Shown here piece by piece: positions 45,790 through 59,700 of a DNA stretch of 64,000 nucleotides (the stretch's first letter is position 1; each line of letters starts with the position of its first letter). Origin of the DNA: Eledone cirrhosa (Eukaryota); the NCBI GenBank assembly GCA_964016885.1, contig OZ024744.1:59086001-59150000 (forward strand), read 5' to 3'. A program made the position numbers and the translations under genes. Below the pieces are notes generated by a model, which saw only the letters and a list, made by a program, of their open reading frames with translations, did not search any database and was not told where the DNA came from.

Positions 45790-46209
45790 TCAAATATATT
45801 AGTGAAATTACTAGCGAAATCCAAGCCCTTATAGGATTTGCAAGTTGCTTTGTTAGTGAAGTCATCTTTGCTATCCTTAAATGTAAGCCCCTCTCTTAGC
45901 CAAGCGTTCTAACTAATTATCTACTTTTAGGATAGTAGCTATATTTTTCGCCTCATTGATGGCGTGGTAAGTAGTAAGGTCAGTGTCTTTTAATATTCAG
46001 ACTGTATGGTCTTGTTCAAAAGTTGGTTGTAGGTAGAGAGATCAAGTTAATAAAGATTAGTTTTAGCTGATAGAACGAAGGTTTTATCAGAGGATCTGAA
46101 GATTTTTTTTATGTTTCTATTCAGTTTATTCCGAAAGGGGCTGAAGTGTGTGCAGAAAGAAATGTTAGCGAGTAGATTAAGAAGATCGGCCTCGAAAGGA
46201 GCGAGTTCA
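45790..46209 (-). pseudogene. Decayed Naiad PLE N-terminal RT fragment
   Basis: Manual translation gives ELAPFEADLLNLLANISF...SSDKTFVLSAKTNLY*LDLSTYNQLLNKTIQSEY...INEAKNIA...KDSKDDF, which aligns with ORF 25751-26581. Confidence 0.65.
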
Positions 46210-46254
46210 TTTATATATATATATATGTGTGTGTGTGTGTAGTATATACATATA

Positions 46255-47147
<893 letters not shown>

Positions 47148-47867
47148 TATGTCTATGTATATATATGTGTATTACTGGGGAAAGTGGAGTGGACATATTT
47201 TATTATGAGTGTGTCAAAATATATGCTGAAGAACCGCTGGTCACAAATCTGTATTTTCTTTTACACTATTTGAAGCCTGCATTTAGAATTGTAAACAAAA
47301 CAAAGCGGTTGACTTAAGAAGTATTGGGAAAATTTGAAATATGTCTCCCTACAAGTGACTTCGCAAAATCCTCTGTCCAATTTTTTTCCGTCTCCAAGGG
47401 CATTTTTTCCGTTTTCTAAACTGTTGTAATCGATTATAATTATGGTCATTTTAGTTGGGACGCACATATTTCAAATCTGAACAATAGCTACAAGCTTAAA
47501 ATCATCCCAAGTTTTCCTAGGTTTACCTCTTCCATAGATACCCTCGTGTTCGAGTACCGTGCATTTCGTTATGCCGCTTACATCATGCGTACGTATAATA
47601 TGTCCATACCACCACAGCCCCCTCCCCACGCACACAAATGTGCACTGCATCCGATCTTTCTTATGCCTAGTTTCTCTCTCAGTTCATTGATTCTTCGTCG
47701 TACTTATACATTATACATTCATTGGAGAATGCTCATCTCATTTTTTCCCAATCATCATAGGTCATCTGCACAGAAGACCTAAGTCTCATTCCCACGCCGA
47801 ATCGCCGTTTGCACACAAGCCTTTCAACAACATTGGAACATACTAAATAGAAAGAGTGGCAATGCTA

Positions 47868-48375
47868 AAAGGCAACTCTCTTCAGTAACAAGGATGCTGG
47901 GGAGAGTGGTAATATTAGAAGGTAATTCTTCAGTAATATAGATGCTGGGGAGAGTGGTAATGTTAGAAGGTAACTCTTCAGTAACATAGAGGCTGGGTGG
48001 AGTGGCAGTATTAGAAGGTAACTCTTCAGTAACATAGAGGTGGGGGGAAGTGGCAGTATTAAAAGGTAACTCTTCAGTAATATAGATGCTGGAGAGAGTA
48101 GCATGGCACGCACTAAATCAGTCATAGCCAAACTGCGGGCCGCGAGCCGATTCCAGCTGGTTTGGCTTTCTGAATGGCACACCTAATTTCAAAATTGCCT
48201 TGACGTTTTTAGGAGTACGGCCCCGTCTTACGATGAACAACATCCTATGCATCCTACTGCTCGAAAAGGTTGCCTATGCTTGTACTAAATGACGAGAGGA
48301 TGACTGTGTGAGAAGGTAACTCTTCAACAATATGCTGGAGAGAGTGGTAGTGTTAGAAGGTAACTCTTCAATAAC
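47868..48375. repeat. 48-bp minisatellite (5 units plus ~2 degenerate units)
   Basis: Unit AGGTAACTCTTCAGTAAyATAGAkGCTGGGGAGAGTGGyArTATTAGA, interrupted by a MITE at 48119-48282. Confidence 0.85.
48119..48282. mobile_element. hAT MITE
   Basis: The ends CAGTCATAGCCAAAC and GGTTGCCTATGCTTG are imperfectly inverted. The 8-bp TSD is CACTAAAT / TACTAAAT. Confidence 0.7.
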
Positions 48376-48419
48376 ACTGCCATCATTGACTATACTTAAA
48401 TATGGAATGATACGCGATG

Positions 48420-48449
<30 letters not shown>

Positions 48450-48450
<1 letters not shown>

Positions 48451-50125
48451 AGCCCCGGCGGAAAGGATGGAGAAGGCGTTTCCCCGGAGGACATGCTGGA
48501 AAAGCCACTCCAACTCGCGGGGCTCACACCTGCGGTTGGCCAGCTCAGCGCCTATGGTGGTGAGTAGGGAGGTAGCCCTGGGGCCGAGGACACCAGAAGT
48601 CTCCACTGCCAGGGGTACAACCGCAAATCTGTCGGAGAGCGACCGGTATTTGAGGAGTTTGGCCTCCTCAGCCCGACGTGCAGCAGAACATGGGTTAGTC
48701 GCAGACTGCACCAAGCTGCGACTGCAGAAAGTGTCGGTGCAAGTGGCATCCCAGACGAGGGGTTTTCCACCGCGGAATGGGAAAATGGTCATGTCATCTG
48801 GTCTTTTGCCGTCCCCTCGGTCCATCCCCACCGGCTCGAGCTGGGAAGGGAAGCCTGCAGCGTCCAAGCCATGCTTTATGACCTCGTTGAGGGCAGCATG
48901 GCGACAGGAAAGCGGGTGGAGACCGAAAGAGTCCATGGTGGGTCCGCAGCGACATTGGTGTGGCTCGCAGATCCGGAGGCCGAGCCTCAAGGAAACGCCG
49001 ATGCGAAAGCTATTATTGTCTAGCTGCGTGCCAGTGGAGAAGGAGGGCAGGGCATGGAGCCAGGCACCACTGTGGGGTTTGGAGGCCGCACGATAACAGG
49101 CAAGGCGGTGCTGGTCGAGCTGGCATGTGAACCTGTCTGAGGTCAGGCTGCACTGGATGGCATCCCAAGTGCTTTGGGGGGACTTGACGTCAACAGGGGG
49201 AGAAGGAGGATGGACGTCTACTGGGCTAAGTCCCAGCCGGTCCCACGTCTCACAGGCGGCCTCACGTTCTCTGAACACAGAGGGTTCTATTGTGTTTTGA
49301 AGAACCCTGCTTACGAGGATGTGGCATGAGGTTACCAATGAAAGAAACGCTGGAAATGCCAGCAAGATCGGGGCCGGAGGCGAAGGCCGCCATACCTGAC
49401 AGGTAAAGTGGCCTGTTGCCATCCAATGCCGTCAAACTTGACGTTGCATATCTCCTCGGCTGCTGCTCGGATACAAGTATCAAGGTCAGCGAGGAGAGAT
49501 GTCTGGGTGTAGCATGGAGCGCTGCGGAGTGTATAGAGGAGCTTCGGCAAGGTGAAGCAGTTCCTCAACAGAAAGAGAGCTGGGTGGCTATCAATCAAGT
49601 CCAGTAGGCTCGTGAGAGTCTGGAGTTGTTGAAGTCTGGACCTGATAGTGGAGCGGATGGCCGGCGGGCGGAGAATGGACCACACGTCCAAGACGGAGGC
49701 TGCAAAGCTCTCAGCATCGTGGCTGACATTCACCACCTCCAAATTGGCCGAGTTGATCTGGAGGCAGTTTCCCGCCAGGGCAGGAACCACCGGTTGTAGG
49801 TCATGGCAGACAGTCCGTACGGGCCCACCCAACGTAGCATCATCCAGATACCAAACGTTGAGAGGGGCCATGATACTCCGAGCGATGTGGTCTATACCAA
49901 GAGCAAACAGGAGGGGTCCCAAAGGGTCGTTGTGTTGGACCCCAGTGGCCGAAGGTATGACCGTATCAGCAGCAAGGAGCATGCTCGCGGCTCCATATGA
50001 CAGGTAGGCCAGCGGGGAGGCAGAGGGGGGGGGCTCGGCTGAGGCAGGCATCGAGCAGATGACTTCGGCGTAAGCAGTTGAAGGCATTCCTCATGTCAAG
50101 CTTGATAATAAGGTGCCTGGATGGT
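48450..50125 (-). mobile_element. 5'-truncated CRE-clade non-LTR retrotransposon (RT + RLE endonuclease), disrupted
   Basis: KLDMRNAFN, GVQHNDPLGPLLF, WYLDD, WQQATLPVRYGGL, SGAWL, CRCG..H.LSC, RH, GKRPD, VWDAT and PLAVETSG. Confidence 0.88.
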
Positions 50126-50311
50126 AACAACAATAACAGCAACAGCAACAACAGCGAAAACTACAACAACGATGACAGCAGCAGCAGCACTACCAACGTC
50201 ATCAACAACAACAACAACAACAAATGTTATTGTATTTAAACTAGAGATGATACTGGGTTGGGGGATCGTGAGTGGATCTAGAATGTTTGTTTAGGAAATA
50301 AAAAAAAAAAG

Positions 50312-50411
50312 GAAAATAAAATAAAACAAAATAAAATAAAATAAAACAAAATAAAATAAAATAAAACAAAATAAAATAAAATAAAATAAAATAAAATAAA
50401 ATAAAATAAAA
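50312..50411. repeat. (AAAAT)n pentanucleotide repeat
   Basis: Direct reading. Confidence 0.9.
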
Positions 50412-50671
50412 TGGACGTGACATCTGTAAAATTGCTACTAAGATAAAAGAAGGTAATAGTGGGTAAGGTGGTGGTGGAGGGTGTGGCGAGATAAGGAAGA
50501 AATGGAGGGAGGAAGACCACGTTAGTTCCACACACACACACCCCCAGTCAGTCAGTCATAGTTGCAAATGCCAGATATTGTTTCAAATACCCTCCTAAAT
50601 GTTAGAATCTATTGGAGGAGGAGGAGGAGGGGGCGTAGCACTTTGGGCCCCTGTCTTATCAATAATACAAC

Positions 50672-51186
<515 letters not shown>

Positions 51187-51296
51187 AATTAAAGTGAGTG
51201 GAGGGGGGGGGGCTATGTTAGTGGTGAGAATAAGGATGTTGCAATGATCACAATGGCGATAAGGATTGTCATATTGCTAGTACTGTGATGATCAAA

Positions 51297-51432
51297 ATGA
51301 TTTCATTTATTAGCCACAAGGGCCGTCATTTAAGGGACAATACAAAGACAGAGATAGTAGAGTTTACAATAAGATTGAGTAAAAATACCCGATAACAAAA
51401 CTAATTTAACAATGAAAAATATAAAAATAAAA
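51297..51432 (-). mobile_element. Tx1 3' UTR fragment
   Basis: ATGATTTCATTTATTAGCCACAAGGGCCG...TTTACAATAAG...TAATTTAACAATGAAAA matches 32512-32645. Confidence 0.75.
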
Positions 51433-52663
51433 TAATCATGATGATCATGATTATGATGATTATCTATCAAATTTTGTAATAATCATGAAATTGAGCTACT
51501 ACTTTCTTTGTGGTTGCTCAATAGTACAACGGTATCTTTGGTGAGATGTACAACGGGTTGAAAATCAATTAAGGATGTTCATTTTTCTTTTCAATCTACA
51601 AGAAAACGCATAAATGTGACATGTTTACGTGACTATATACTTAATGTATATATTTATTCTCACATTAACGCAGTCTTGGTTAATTCTGTACTGTATATGT
51701 ACAGATAAGTATTTATATTTATCGTATATTTCAGGGATTAAGGGCACAATGTAATATATTCTGAAATTAGCTACCAACATAAACACTAATTATACACCTA
51801 TTGGTACCTCCATTTCATAGTCGCCACCAGTTATATATTTTGTGTTTATATATATATAATAAATTGACGGAACTAGTATAGATATCACTGCCAGGACCGA
51901 TTGCATCTCAGCGTACTCAATAGGTAATATTAAATAAACTCCCAGAGCATACACATAGTTATTCGCTTCAATACAACACACGTAAACAGGTACCTTCAAT
52001 TGTTCCCGAACTCAAGTTTCGGCCACACTTAATGCAGCAGCAGAGTGCACTGCACCCTCTGCCCGCATATATTATGCAACAATGCACAATCGGTGCATGT
52101 GGCTTCATCAGCGGGCTTCACCTAATCAATAACCAATCGATCGACAGAATTCGACTTCAGTCCGTGCCGGCTATGAGTGTACGTGACGGCCAACACAGTA
52201 AAATGCTGGTAACTGGAATCTATCCGCATCGCAATGCTGTCTCCTGATTGGCTACCGATTTATAAATAGTTCCACCCCGCCATAAACACCCAGCCAACGT
52301 ATCTCAAACACAAATTAATAAGTTAGTGAAAAATTGGTTATTCAGTCTCCAATCGCTGTACAATATAATGTTAGTATTCGGCTCTAGTCTCCAAGTCCCA
52401 TGGGGTGAAATAGTGTGATAGTAACAATGGTAGTGCCTAAAACCTTTATATATATATAATAATAATAATAAATTTGAAGACTAAAATCCAAAGAGGGCTC
52501 GATAAGGATAAATATATAATCGTCTTCCTGTCTTCCTCCGGTTGCAACGTTTTTTTAAATATCCTCTTCTGCGTTTACAGATTGACTTTGTTAGTTTCAG
52601 AAGATCCCGTTAAGAGTGAAAGCAGCGATTCTTTGCTTAAACTTTAATCTGTTATTTTAATAA

Positions 52664-52700
<37 letters not shown>

Positions 52701-52701
<1 letters not shown>

Positions 52702-52837
52702 CGAAGAAAGTGTGGTAAGGAACCAGATGGACCATAACGCACCAGAGTACTCAATATTTAGAGTAGTAGAGTGGGTAATAGGAAAATGTTAAACCCCGAC
52801 GGCTTGAGCTCTGCCGTCGGGGTTTAACATTTTCCTA

Positions 52838-52840
<3 letters not shown>
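52701..52840 (-). mobile_element. Short PLE-end fragment with a perfect terminal hairpin
   Basis: AATAGGAAAATGTTAAACCCCGACGGC-TTGAGCTCT-GCCGTCGGGGTTTAACATTTTCCTATT forms a 27-bp perfect stem, with (TA)n on both sides. Confidence 0.55.
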
Positions 52841-52916
<76 letters not shown>

Positions 52917-52921
<5 letters not shown>

Positions 52922-53283
52922 CAAATGGAAACTATATTTATAAAACCATATTTATTTCATTATACATATTTCAAGGGTGACCAAGGCAGATTATGGTGCG
53001 GTTTAATCAGATAAAATATAATATAGATTAGTTTTATAAATGTTTCAGGGTATGTCAATATTTATTTATAAAACTAATCTATATTATATTTTATCTGATG
53101 AAAGCGCACCATAATCTGCCTTGGTGGCCCTTGAAATATGTATAATGAAATAAATATGGTTTTATAAATATAGTTTCCATTTGTTAATATATTGTATATT
53201 TACTCCAATAATTTGTTGAGTGCCTTATATCAGTTATAAAAAAATATTTTGCTTGTTGTATCCCAACAAATTAAATATAACCC
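52917..53283 (+). mobile_element. Fold-back PLE family A end with an HHR in both arms
   Basis: About 52918-53040 is the reverse complement of about 53065-53187. The HHR TATTTTAT-CTGATGA(53095)...GAAA-TATGTATA-ATGAAATA is present. The tail matches the reverse complement of 4950-5090. Confidence 0.7.
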
Positions 53284-53539
53284 ACACACACACACACACA
53301 CATATATATATGTATATATATGAATAAAGTTAGTCCTTCATCAGTGATCTTCCAACCATCATTGGTATTTCATCATAATTATGGGTATCGGGAGGTGACT
53401 AAAATTAAGAAAGGTACCCAATACGTTGGTAAGTATAGGCATCTTTATTTTATATAGAAATGACTTCTACAGGACTAGAACTGTTTCATTTGTATAAAAT
53501 CATATGTCGTTGGACTTCTGTTGGTTCCGATAAGTGTTT

Positions 53540-53790
53540 CAGTTGTTCAAACAACGAAACAGCCTTCTCATGAAATTAATGTGCAAGTGGTTGAGTATTC
53601 AACGTAGTTCTCAGGGAGATTCAACATGGCACGGTGTATGACCATGCTGTTGCTTTTAATTACAGATACAACTAATCTTTCCCCCCATCTGATTGAATTG
53701 GAGCAACATGAAACAAAGTGTCTTGTTGAAGGACACAACTCACCACCAGGAATCAAACACCCTAACCATTAAGCCATGCGCCTTCACATT
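53540..53790 (-). mobile_element. tRNA-derived SINE (second family)
   Basis: Reverse complement head GTGAAGGCGCATGGCTTAATGGTTAGGGTG (A-box-like), followed by a GTTGTGTCCTTCAACAAGACACTTT central domain. Confidence 0.7.
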
Positions 53791-54099
53791 GTGGAATACA
53801 TTAAGTAAACATGATCTCATAATGTGTACATAGATATCATAAGAGACAACAATTATTGACTGACGAGAATTAGGTTTGGAGATGTCAATAACAGGGATAT
53901 AATAATGATGATAATAGTCATTATTTCTCTAATTCTTTATTGTTTGTTATCTTGAATGAATGGTGTTTGTTTTAGGTACAAGGCTATTGGAATGACTGGG
54001 AGAGTTTGTCTAAAATCTCTTACTACTACTACTACTATTACTACTACTACTACCACCACCGCCACTACCATTTGTTGGGGTGGGTGAGGATGAAGATGG

Positions 54100-54432
54100 A
54101 CATGCTGCCACCCCGACCCCAATTTATTTGATAAAAGGTGGGTAAATGTTGAGAGGATGGTCCGTGTGACAGGGCCTACTCTGACCAATTGCCTATAGGC
54201 TGGCTGATTTAGAGAGGAGAGAGGCGTCCTTCTAGAGTGCTTCTGGAGCATTGGGTGGTTTAGGATTTGTGAGGTTCCTAAGTCACCCCTATTAGGAAAT
54301 TTTCATTGTTATACATTTTTTAGTTTGTTATCTGTTATTTATATATTTTACTCAATTTCAATGTAAACTCCCTATGTCCTTGTTCTTTGTATTGGCCCCT
54401 TTTTGTTGGCCCCTGTGGCAAATAAAAAGAAA
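54100..54432 (+). mobile_element. Tx1 3' fragment
   Basis: Matches the end of ORF2 and the 3' UTR of the 32514 and 54466 copies (AAAAGGTGGGTAAATGT...GGCCCCTGTGGCAAATAAA). Confidence 0.75.
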
Positions 54433-54465
54433 TAATAATAATAGTTTCATTTATTAGCCACAAGG

Positions 54466-56318
54466 GTCTGTCTTCAATGCAGCTGGCTTTGACCCCGTCT
54501 TCAGAAGCTGGATGGCTGCAATGCACAGCTGGATCTACTCGGTGGCTAAAGTTAATGGCCACCTTTCGGAACCGTTTCATATCTCCCGATTGGTCCGTCA
54601 ATGGGGCCCACTTCCCTCCCTTCTGTACGTATTGACTCTCGAACCTTTACTGCGGAAGCTGGAGCTGTTGCAGGGTATCCCGCTCGAACCGGGACACGGA
54701 AAGGCTTTGTTGGCTTATGCGGACGACATCACCGTGATGGTGTCGGACACCTCGGAAATCGAGGTGGTCGGCAACTTATTGGAGGAATATGAAAGGTTGA
54801 CGGGAGCGAAACTTAACCCGGAAAAGTCGGTAGGCTTGCAACTCGGCGCCTGGAGAGGCAACTCCATGCCGTTGGGCGCTGGACGGACGGTCCGGTAAAG
54901 TTACTTGGGGTTTGGTTCGGGCCAGACCTCCAGGTGGATAAGAATTGGGAAGAGGTGACGGGCAGGGTAGCCAGTCTCACCTAGAAATGGGTTGCGAGGA
55001 AGCTATCACTGAAAGGTCGGGCAGAGGTGGCGAACGCGTACATCACGTCCGTCATCTACTACCGCCTGACTGTCGTCCCTTTCCCCCGTTCGCGCCTCGC
55101 CAAATTGTAACGGCTCCTCTTCAACTTCTTGTAAGGGGATAGGTTCCGTTGGTATGGCGGTTCATTTGCTGCCAGCACCCTCTACGTAGAGGACTGGGCA
55201 TGCCGTGGCTAATGATGCGCAGACATGCGCTGAGGTTGCGGCATCTCCAGATATTCTGCCTAAACGGTGAACAGGTGTAGTCGTCATTTGTCAGGAGAGC
55301 CTTTCCGCAGCTCATCTCTTTGACTGAGCTGCAGTCCTAAGTCAAGAAGAGACCGAGACTGGGTGACTGGCATCTGGAATGTTGCCAGGCACTTACTGTT
55401 CTCTACCAGGTGGGCAATGCGGTCAGTGGAACTTACACTCTCGAGTTCTATAGAGGATTAATGGTGGACAAGTATGACGAGGCGCTCGGAGAGGGTCTGG
55501 GCGTCAACGAGGTCGAACTGACCAGTCTGTTCCGGAAGACTTTCGAGCCGGGGACGATGGATAATTTCCATAAATCCCTCGCTTGGTAGTGCTACCGGGG
55601 ACACTGCCGCTTCGAGATAAACTCTACTGGCACGGAAGTGCTGTCAGGCGGACTTGCCCGAGATGCACACAGAGCGACAAAACCGTTCTGCACGCACTCG
55701 TCTAGTGTCGGTGCATTACTGACTTGTGGAGTTATGTCGAACAGCGTTGTCACGTGTTGAATGGATCCAGCTATCGGCCAAGTCCACAGTGAAGATCGAC
55801 CCGCCGCCTTCTTTTGGCCAGGAAGGGCACGTAATTTTGCTGTCTGGTGGCAGTAGCGAAAAAGGTTATGGTGGACCAGGCTGAAAGGACTGAAAACAGA
55901 CACTTTTCTCTTAGGCCAATCGCTCATCAACTTTTTCAAATTTCACTTGGAAAGGAAGGTGAGGTTGGAGAGAGAAGTGCCCCCCCCCCCCCTCCTGCAT
56001 TTGCTGAAAGGTGGATGAATGTGGCGAGAATGGCCCGTGTGAGTGGGCCTTCTCTGATCTTGCACCTGTAGGCTGGTGAATTTGAGGAGAGGGGTGCCCT
56101 ACCAGGGTATTCACGAAGCGTCAGACGATTCAGGATTGGTGGGGTACCTGAGTCGACCCTGGGTGGTTATTCCCCCTATTGGGGAACGCTGTTTGTATTT
56201 TTCTTGTTTATTGTTATTGTTTTCATATTTTTTTTACTTGATCTTTATGTAAAACTCCCGCTGTCCTGGTCTATTGTGTTGTCCTCTATATGCCGGCCCT
56301 TGTGGCCAATAAATGAAA
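54466..56318 (+). mobile_element. 5'-truncated decayed Tx1 LINE (second subfamily)
   Basis: RT fragment ORF 54512-54898 (LLYVLTLEPLLRKL, AYADDITV), collinear with the reverse complement of 32514-34380. It has many stop codons and ends TGTGGCCAATAAATGAAAC(TAT)n. Confidence 0.9.
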
Positions 56319-56327
56319 CTATTATTA

Positions 56328-56358
<31 letters not shown>

Positions 56359-56359
56359 A

Positions 56360-56570
56360 AAGGGTGGTGGATTGGCAGTATCGGGAGAGAGTCACGAGCG
56401 AGACGCCATGCTTTTCAGCATAGTTACGTCCCTTTACAGTCTGAGTTCAAATCCCGTCGGTTAACTTTGCCTTTCATCCTTACGGAGTCGATAAAATAAA
56501 GTACCAGTCACCCACTGGGGTCGGTTTAATCGACTTCCCCCTCCCCCAAAATTGCCGGCCTTGGAAGCAT
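56360..56570 (+). mobile_element. Octopus-type SINE
   Basis: GGTGGTGGATTGGCAG...CTGAGTTCAAATCCCG..TTAACTTTGCCTTTCATCC...GTCGATAAAATAAAGTACCAG. Confidence 0.8.
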
Positions 56571-56777
56571 TATTATCATTATGAATGATGATGATGATGA
56601 TGATGGATGTTTTCTTTATTTGCGACACAAGGCTGACATGAAGAAAACATTAATGACGACACAAGAAGCTACAGGGCGATATAATGTGGGTTTGAACGTG
56701 TTAAATAAATATAATAATAGTAACAGCAAACATGTAAATAACAATAGCAATAAATCATAGAAAAACAGAAAACTATC

Positions 56778-59700
56778 TGTGGATCTGAAGAGTCAGTGAT
56801 GTCACGTAAATAGAAGAACGACCAGCATAGCTCTCTCTCTTTCTCTCTCTCTTACCCTTTGGCTGTCGGGTCGAATGGGGGTGATTTCTGTGAGATCGGT
56901 ATATGTCGATAGGTTCTGGCCAGAGATTAGGCGGGTAGGGATCTCACGGATATATCCCATCTGGACAAGATCGATGACAGAAGAGGACCTGCGAGGTAGG
57001 TGAGCTACGCTTTTTTCTTTACAAAAAGCTATTTCGGCGTCGTGCGTTTTCCTCTCTTCTCTCGTTCCTGGCCTGCAGTCAATGTGTCGACAAAGATAAG
57101 GATAGTAGCGATATACTGTCTGACCAGACTGGAGTTTCGGTTAAATTCAGCACCAAAGTTCATGGCAACGGTTCTCAAGGCCATTCTTGGAAAGGTGAAA
57201 AGAGACACCGATTCCTATATTGACGATATCTTAATGGGCGAGACCGTGGGTACTTTAATCCCTTGGAAGGATGAGGTAAAGAGTGGAGTGTTGCTGCTAA
57301 TGGCAGTGATGCAGCCAATGAAAAACAAGGTCTAACTGGTACTGAACTTTCGAGAGTTGAACAACCACATATGGTACCACACGGATGGTAAGATTAGAGA
57401 TGTATGCAGAGAAACCTTACAAGAGTGAATGCAGATGATGGGGGCTTCCACAATCGTCGATTTGAAGTCGGGGAATCTGCAGCAATATATGTCTGAGAAA
57501 CTATGGAAGTATCAGCTGGTAAAATATAAGGGTCAGACGCAGTCAGATCATGACGACGGTTCTCAAGGCCATCCTGGGAAAGGTGACAATGTGAAAGGGG
57601 TTACCAACTCCTACATTGACCAGATCTTAGTGGACGAGACTGTGGTGTCGGCAATATAAGTAACAGATCGCCTAAATAGGTTTGGATTAACTGCGAAATC
57701 ACCGGAGGTGACGAAAGAAGGGGTTGATTTGGGACTCAAGCCGCGAAGAGACATGACGGGCATATTAGCATTTGGGAGAGGAACTGAAATTCCGGAACTG
57801 GACACTGGCATGAACTAACGAGAACTGTTCTCGATGTGTGGATGACTGTGGGCTCGTATCCAATTCTGGGACAGCTAGCTGCTGGGTTTGGCCTGAAGCT
57901 AGGCGTGGTCTTCGTGCCCTCGAAACGGAAAAACGCGGACGTTCTAACCATAGGGGAAGAAATCGTGGTGGAAGTGCCAGAGGATTTGGAGCGGGAATAG
58001 CTGCAATGTGTCAGCTGAATTACTCCAAGCTAAGGAGTGCATCTGTACTCGAGGACCGCCCGGAAGGAATTAACATCAATGGTCACAAGGTTTATAATCT
58101 TAAATAAGCGGACGATACGGTCCTTCTTGCCACATCGAGTGAAGATCTACAGAGACTCCTTGATGCAATAGTTGTTACTGGAGATCATTTGGGTTTGAGC
58201 ATCAACAGCAAGAAGACAAAAGTAATGGTTATATAAAAGTCCGAGGCACCACCAACATGTCAGCTGTACCACTGCAATACCCGTATTGAACAGATTTTAT
58301 CCTTCAATTACCTGGGTGCACTGGTCACCTCAGACGCCAGATGCAAGAAAGAAATGCAAAGAAAAACAGCTCTTACAAAAGATGCATTCTCAAGACTCCG
58401 GTCTATCTTTGTCGATTGCAACTTCTCAATCGGAGTCAAAATTTGTTTACTGAAGACATTTGTCTGGTCAATGATTCTTTATGGCTGGAAATCGTGGACT
58501 TTCACAAATCAGACACGGAGATACCCCGAGTCTACCAAGATGTATTTCTATTGTAGAATACTCAGGATCTCGTACGTCAACCGAATAAATGATGAAGAGA
58601 TTTTGAAGAGAGTGCGGATTGAATGTGAGATACTGCTCACTATTAAAAAGAGACAGCTAATGTTCCTAGGACATGCCATCAGGAAAGGCATGCTGGAAGA
58701 CCTTACCATTGACGAAAAGATTCCTAGGAAGTGTGCCAGAGGTCGTTAAAGGTGGTCCTTTTTTGACAATTTCAGCATCAAAGTCGCAGAAATATGGGAT
58801 CTCGCCCGAAAACAACAGCGTGGAACGTCATGGTTCGTCGAACACTGATATAGGGACAGCACAAGAAGAAGAAGGAATGCATACTATGCATCACATGGCA
58901 TCGATGTTACCAGACTGAGCATTGTGAAAGTGGTCAAGAGTTGTGACTTGTGTCAATCCATGCTGATAGACAATGGCACTGCAATTTGCTCAAAGACACT
59001 GAAGAAAATGTTTGATAAGTGAAACTTGAACCACTTCTTCAGAGCAGTGTACAGGCTAAGTGGAATTGGGATTGTGGAGAGACATAATTGCACAATCAAA
59101 GCTATGGCAGAGAGGGAACATATATCACCAATTGAGGCAGTGTTTTGGTATAATAAGTCACCTTGGTCAGGCTGAGGAGTTGTTACCACACAGAGCGATA
59201 TTTAAATATGAATGGCAACATCCATGTACAGTATCACAGCAGCCTGTGGAAGTGAGAGCCTACATCCGTGAAGGTCAGAGACAAAGTCTGTGTCAAGCCA
59301 CAAAATGCGCGCTGCACGTCTCAAAGGGGAACAGTAACAGTTGTAAATTCCCGAAACAACGTGTCCGTGGACGGAATGCCGCGTCATATCTTGGATGTCC
59401 GCTAAATCACCGATTTGACGGAAGACGACCTAAAAGGAAAGGATGCGAGCAGCGCTCCAACTTTGCGGAAGTCACAGCGGGAGCAACGTCCGCCCACATA
59501 GACGGCGGACTTTGACGTGCAGTGAGCTGATGGGAGTGATCTTTGAAATCAGGAGGGCCTGTGGGACTGGAACCGTGCCGGAAATATAGTGGTCAGTGAC
59601 ATCACGTAGGCGGAAGAACGACCAGCATGGCTCAGTCTTCCTCTATGCCTGCCGCGTCGAATAGGGGTGATTTCCACGTGAACTCGGGTATATGTCGGGA

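Noticed and set aside
47868-48100. Regular 48-bp repeats as a CRISPR-like array
   Set aside because: The whole unit is repeated with no unique spacers, the context is eukaryotic and there are no cas genes.
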